NCBI GenBank assembly: GCA_026914245.1
Contig: CP110440.1
Coordinates: forward strand, 3,968,001 to 4,032,000
Reading direction: 5' to 3'
Source: Puccinia triticina
Taxonomy: Eukaryota
Length of the DNA stretch: 64,000 bases
In this document: piece by piece, positions 61,940 through 64,000 of the stretch
Layout: the number at the start of each line of letters is the position of its first letter
Numbering within the stretch: position 1 is the stretch's first letter
Translations under genes and position numbers: made by a program
The notes under the pieces: generated by a model
The model's database searches: none
Seen by the model: only the letters and a program-made list of their open reading frames with translations
What the model was told of the DNA's origin: nothing

Positions 61940-62920
61940 TATTCATTGAATTTATGCAATTTCACAGCACAGGCATGAGCCAGGGATATTGTTTTTCTTG
62001 CATGAATTTTTTTTTGAGCCATGTGGAATATAATTACATTAAGAAAAGCCTGGTATCTTCCAAGAAGTTGACATTTCTTTGCAATGAAGATATACATGGG
62101 TTCTAAGATAGTTAGGTTCACCATGGGACAAATGATGAGGAATGAAAGTTATGAAATTTTCAACTTATAGCTATTAAGAATTCACAAAGCAGCGGAGTCA
62201 GGCTAAGTTGTCACTCAATGATGGTTGATAGCAGGAGTTTTGGCTTTGCCAGAGTTTGCGAGATTGAGGGGAAGTTCCCAGTTCCCCTGAGGAACTTTTG
62301 ACTCCTGTGAGCTCATAGCGTTGATCGCTAGGAGAGCAGCGAGCTGGCCAAGCCATCTCCGGAATTCATTCTGGAAATGGAATAATTGGATGGCTGGAGG
62401 AACACTCAAGTTTTGCTGAAATCAGAAAGACACGCACATAACCGGTGCCCTCCGAAGCGAGGGCACTGAAAAGTCAGCGGTTTGCAGGGGGCTCACTCAG
62501 CGTGCCTCTGGCGAGACTTGTTTGCTCCAAGGTTTTGCGCACAGTTGCTCGGCAGTAGAGCCACACCGAAGAAAGTCATTTTGTGCTGTATGAGGAATTT
62601 TATGCCAAAGGATGTCTTTTTGACGCAAAAGGAAACACATCATGCCTGTGTGTGCATAAATGTTGTAGGTATGCACGATTCGATAAATAGTTACGTAAAA
62701 CGACTTCCCAGATTGAATATCCATGGAAGGGGCAGCCGAAACGAAATACCCATCCCAGGAAACCGATAATACCCAGAAAACCGTTTGTTGAGAAGGCTCG
62801 ACATAGAGGATTCATAGAGGAGACCTGACGGGACTGAACTGATCGGGGGTACATACAACGTAACCGGGACCGAAAAACACACACACTCACGCACAATCAA
62901 TAACAAAAGCCAGGAAGACG

Positions 62921-63976
62921 ATGACGGATGCCGTGTCTGCAGAGATGGAGAGTTTGGTGCCCTCACGATTAGGAACGCAGGCGTATTGGGACGACAACTA
63001 TGGCCGAGAGCTCTCGAACTTCTGTGAGGCTGGCGACGAGGGAGAGGTCTGGTTTGGGGAGGCAAGCTCGGACGAGATCCTCGACTGGATCGCGCGCTAC
63101 TTGCCCTCGCCGATGACCCCGACCAAGCTCAGTTTCTCCGGCTCAGACGACGGAGAAGGACCAGTGGCTAGTGCTCGAACTGACTCCCAGATCCTCGACG
63201 GTAACTCTCAAAAGTCCTATTCACCATGAGCCCGAGTTCACTAACCTTCTTGACCTGTTTCTCCACCAGTCGGATGCGGTAACGGGCAGCTCCTCTTCCT
63301 CCTCGCCCAGGGCGGTTACTCGGTCGAGTGTCTGGCCGGGGTTGACTATTCGGCTAGCTCGATCGAACTCACGTCACAGATCGCTCGCTCAAAAGGCATC
63401 GAAGGCCTGCGACTAGAGGTAAAGGACGTCCTCAGAGAGCCTATCGAACCGCCCCATCGGACCGGCCTATCGGACTCGAAAGGCTGGGACTTGATCACCG
63501 ATAAAGGAGTAAAGTCTTCTTGCTTCTTTATACAAACTCCAGCTTTCCATCTACCTCGCTGACCCTCTTCCCCCTCTATCCGCCGCTCATCATCGTCTTC
63601 TTACAGACTTTTGATGCTATCTGTTTGTCCGAGGAGAAGATAGACGGAAGGAAATTGGAGACCATTTATCCAGAAAAGATTCTCGACTTACTCGTCAAAC
63701 CCGGAGGCATCTTCCTAATAACTTCCTGCAATTGGACCGAAGAAGAACTCATTCAAAAATTTGTCTCTCCTAATATCGGTCTGTCCCTTTTTTACCCCTC
63801 CCATCCAAACACGAATCCTACTCCGGACCATCCTTTCCGGTGCTCATTATTGTTGATGAAATCATTTAACAATGACAGGTTTCAAGTTCCATTCCAAAAT
63901 CCCTCGTGCTTCTTTCTCATTCGGCGGTTCAAAGGGCTCGACAATAACGACGATAGCCTTCCAAGCGATCTCCTAA
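62921..63976 (+). CDS. EFM4: eEF1A lysine N-methyltransferase Efm4 (METTL10/EEF1AKMT2)
   Basis: PSRLGTQAYWDDNY.RELSNF..GDEGEVWFGE, ILD|VGCGNGQLL, DKG|TFDAICL, ITSCNWTEEEL, FSFGGSKGSTITTIAF; stop 63974-63976. Confidence 0.95.
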
Positions 63977-64000
63977 GCCTTACCGACTTACATATGCGCG

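Overview
Eukaryotic, intron-rich fungal DNA. Gene content, short GT-AG introns and the repeat landscape point to a rust fungus (Pucciniales, Puccinia-like); this is an inference. Recognisable genes: M17 leucyl aminopeptidase (runs off the left edge), branched-chain ketoacid dehydrogenase E1-alpha, an APSES/KilA-N transcription factor, mitochondrial ribosomal protein mL41 (not recovered intact by the ORF track), an intron-containing tRNA-Phe, a Gbp2/Hrb1-like 3-RRM protein, UTP12/DIP2, GOS1, a GH47 alpha-1,2-mannosidase and EFM4. There are also two lineage-specific candidate secreted proteins. Intergenic DNA is mostly nested non-autonomous DNA transposons (hAT, PIF/Harbinger, Tc1/mariner, foldback), LTR remnants and a decayed Helitron. 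The most unusual locus is 43670-44092 (-), inside a candidate effector gene: six abutting GT...AG modules joined only by AG|GT junctions. Four of them are copies of a 69-bp unit that is both an in-frame 23-aa repeat and a complete intron look-alike (GTTCGC...TACTAAC...AAG), and the array contains a duplicated exon junction from which an intron is exactly missing. Other leads: a cryptic cassette/poison exon in the Gbp2/Hrb1 gene, a TCGCGA cluster upstream of the APSES gene, a Pack-like element carrying an intron-containing host gene 3' end, and a 1.3-kb palindrome. All exon structures were read by eye and no database searches were run.
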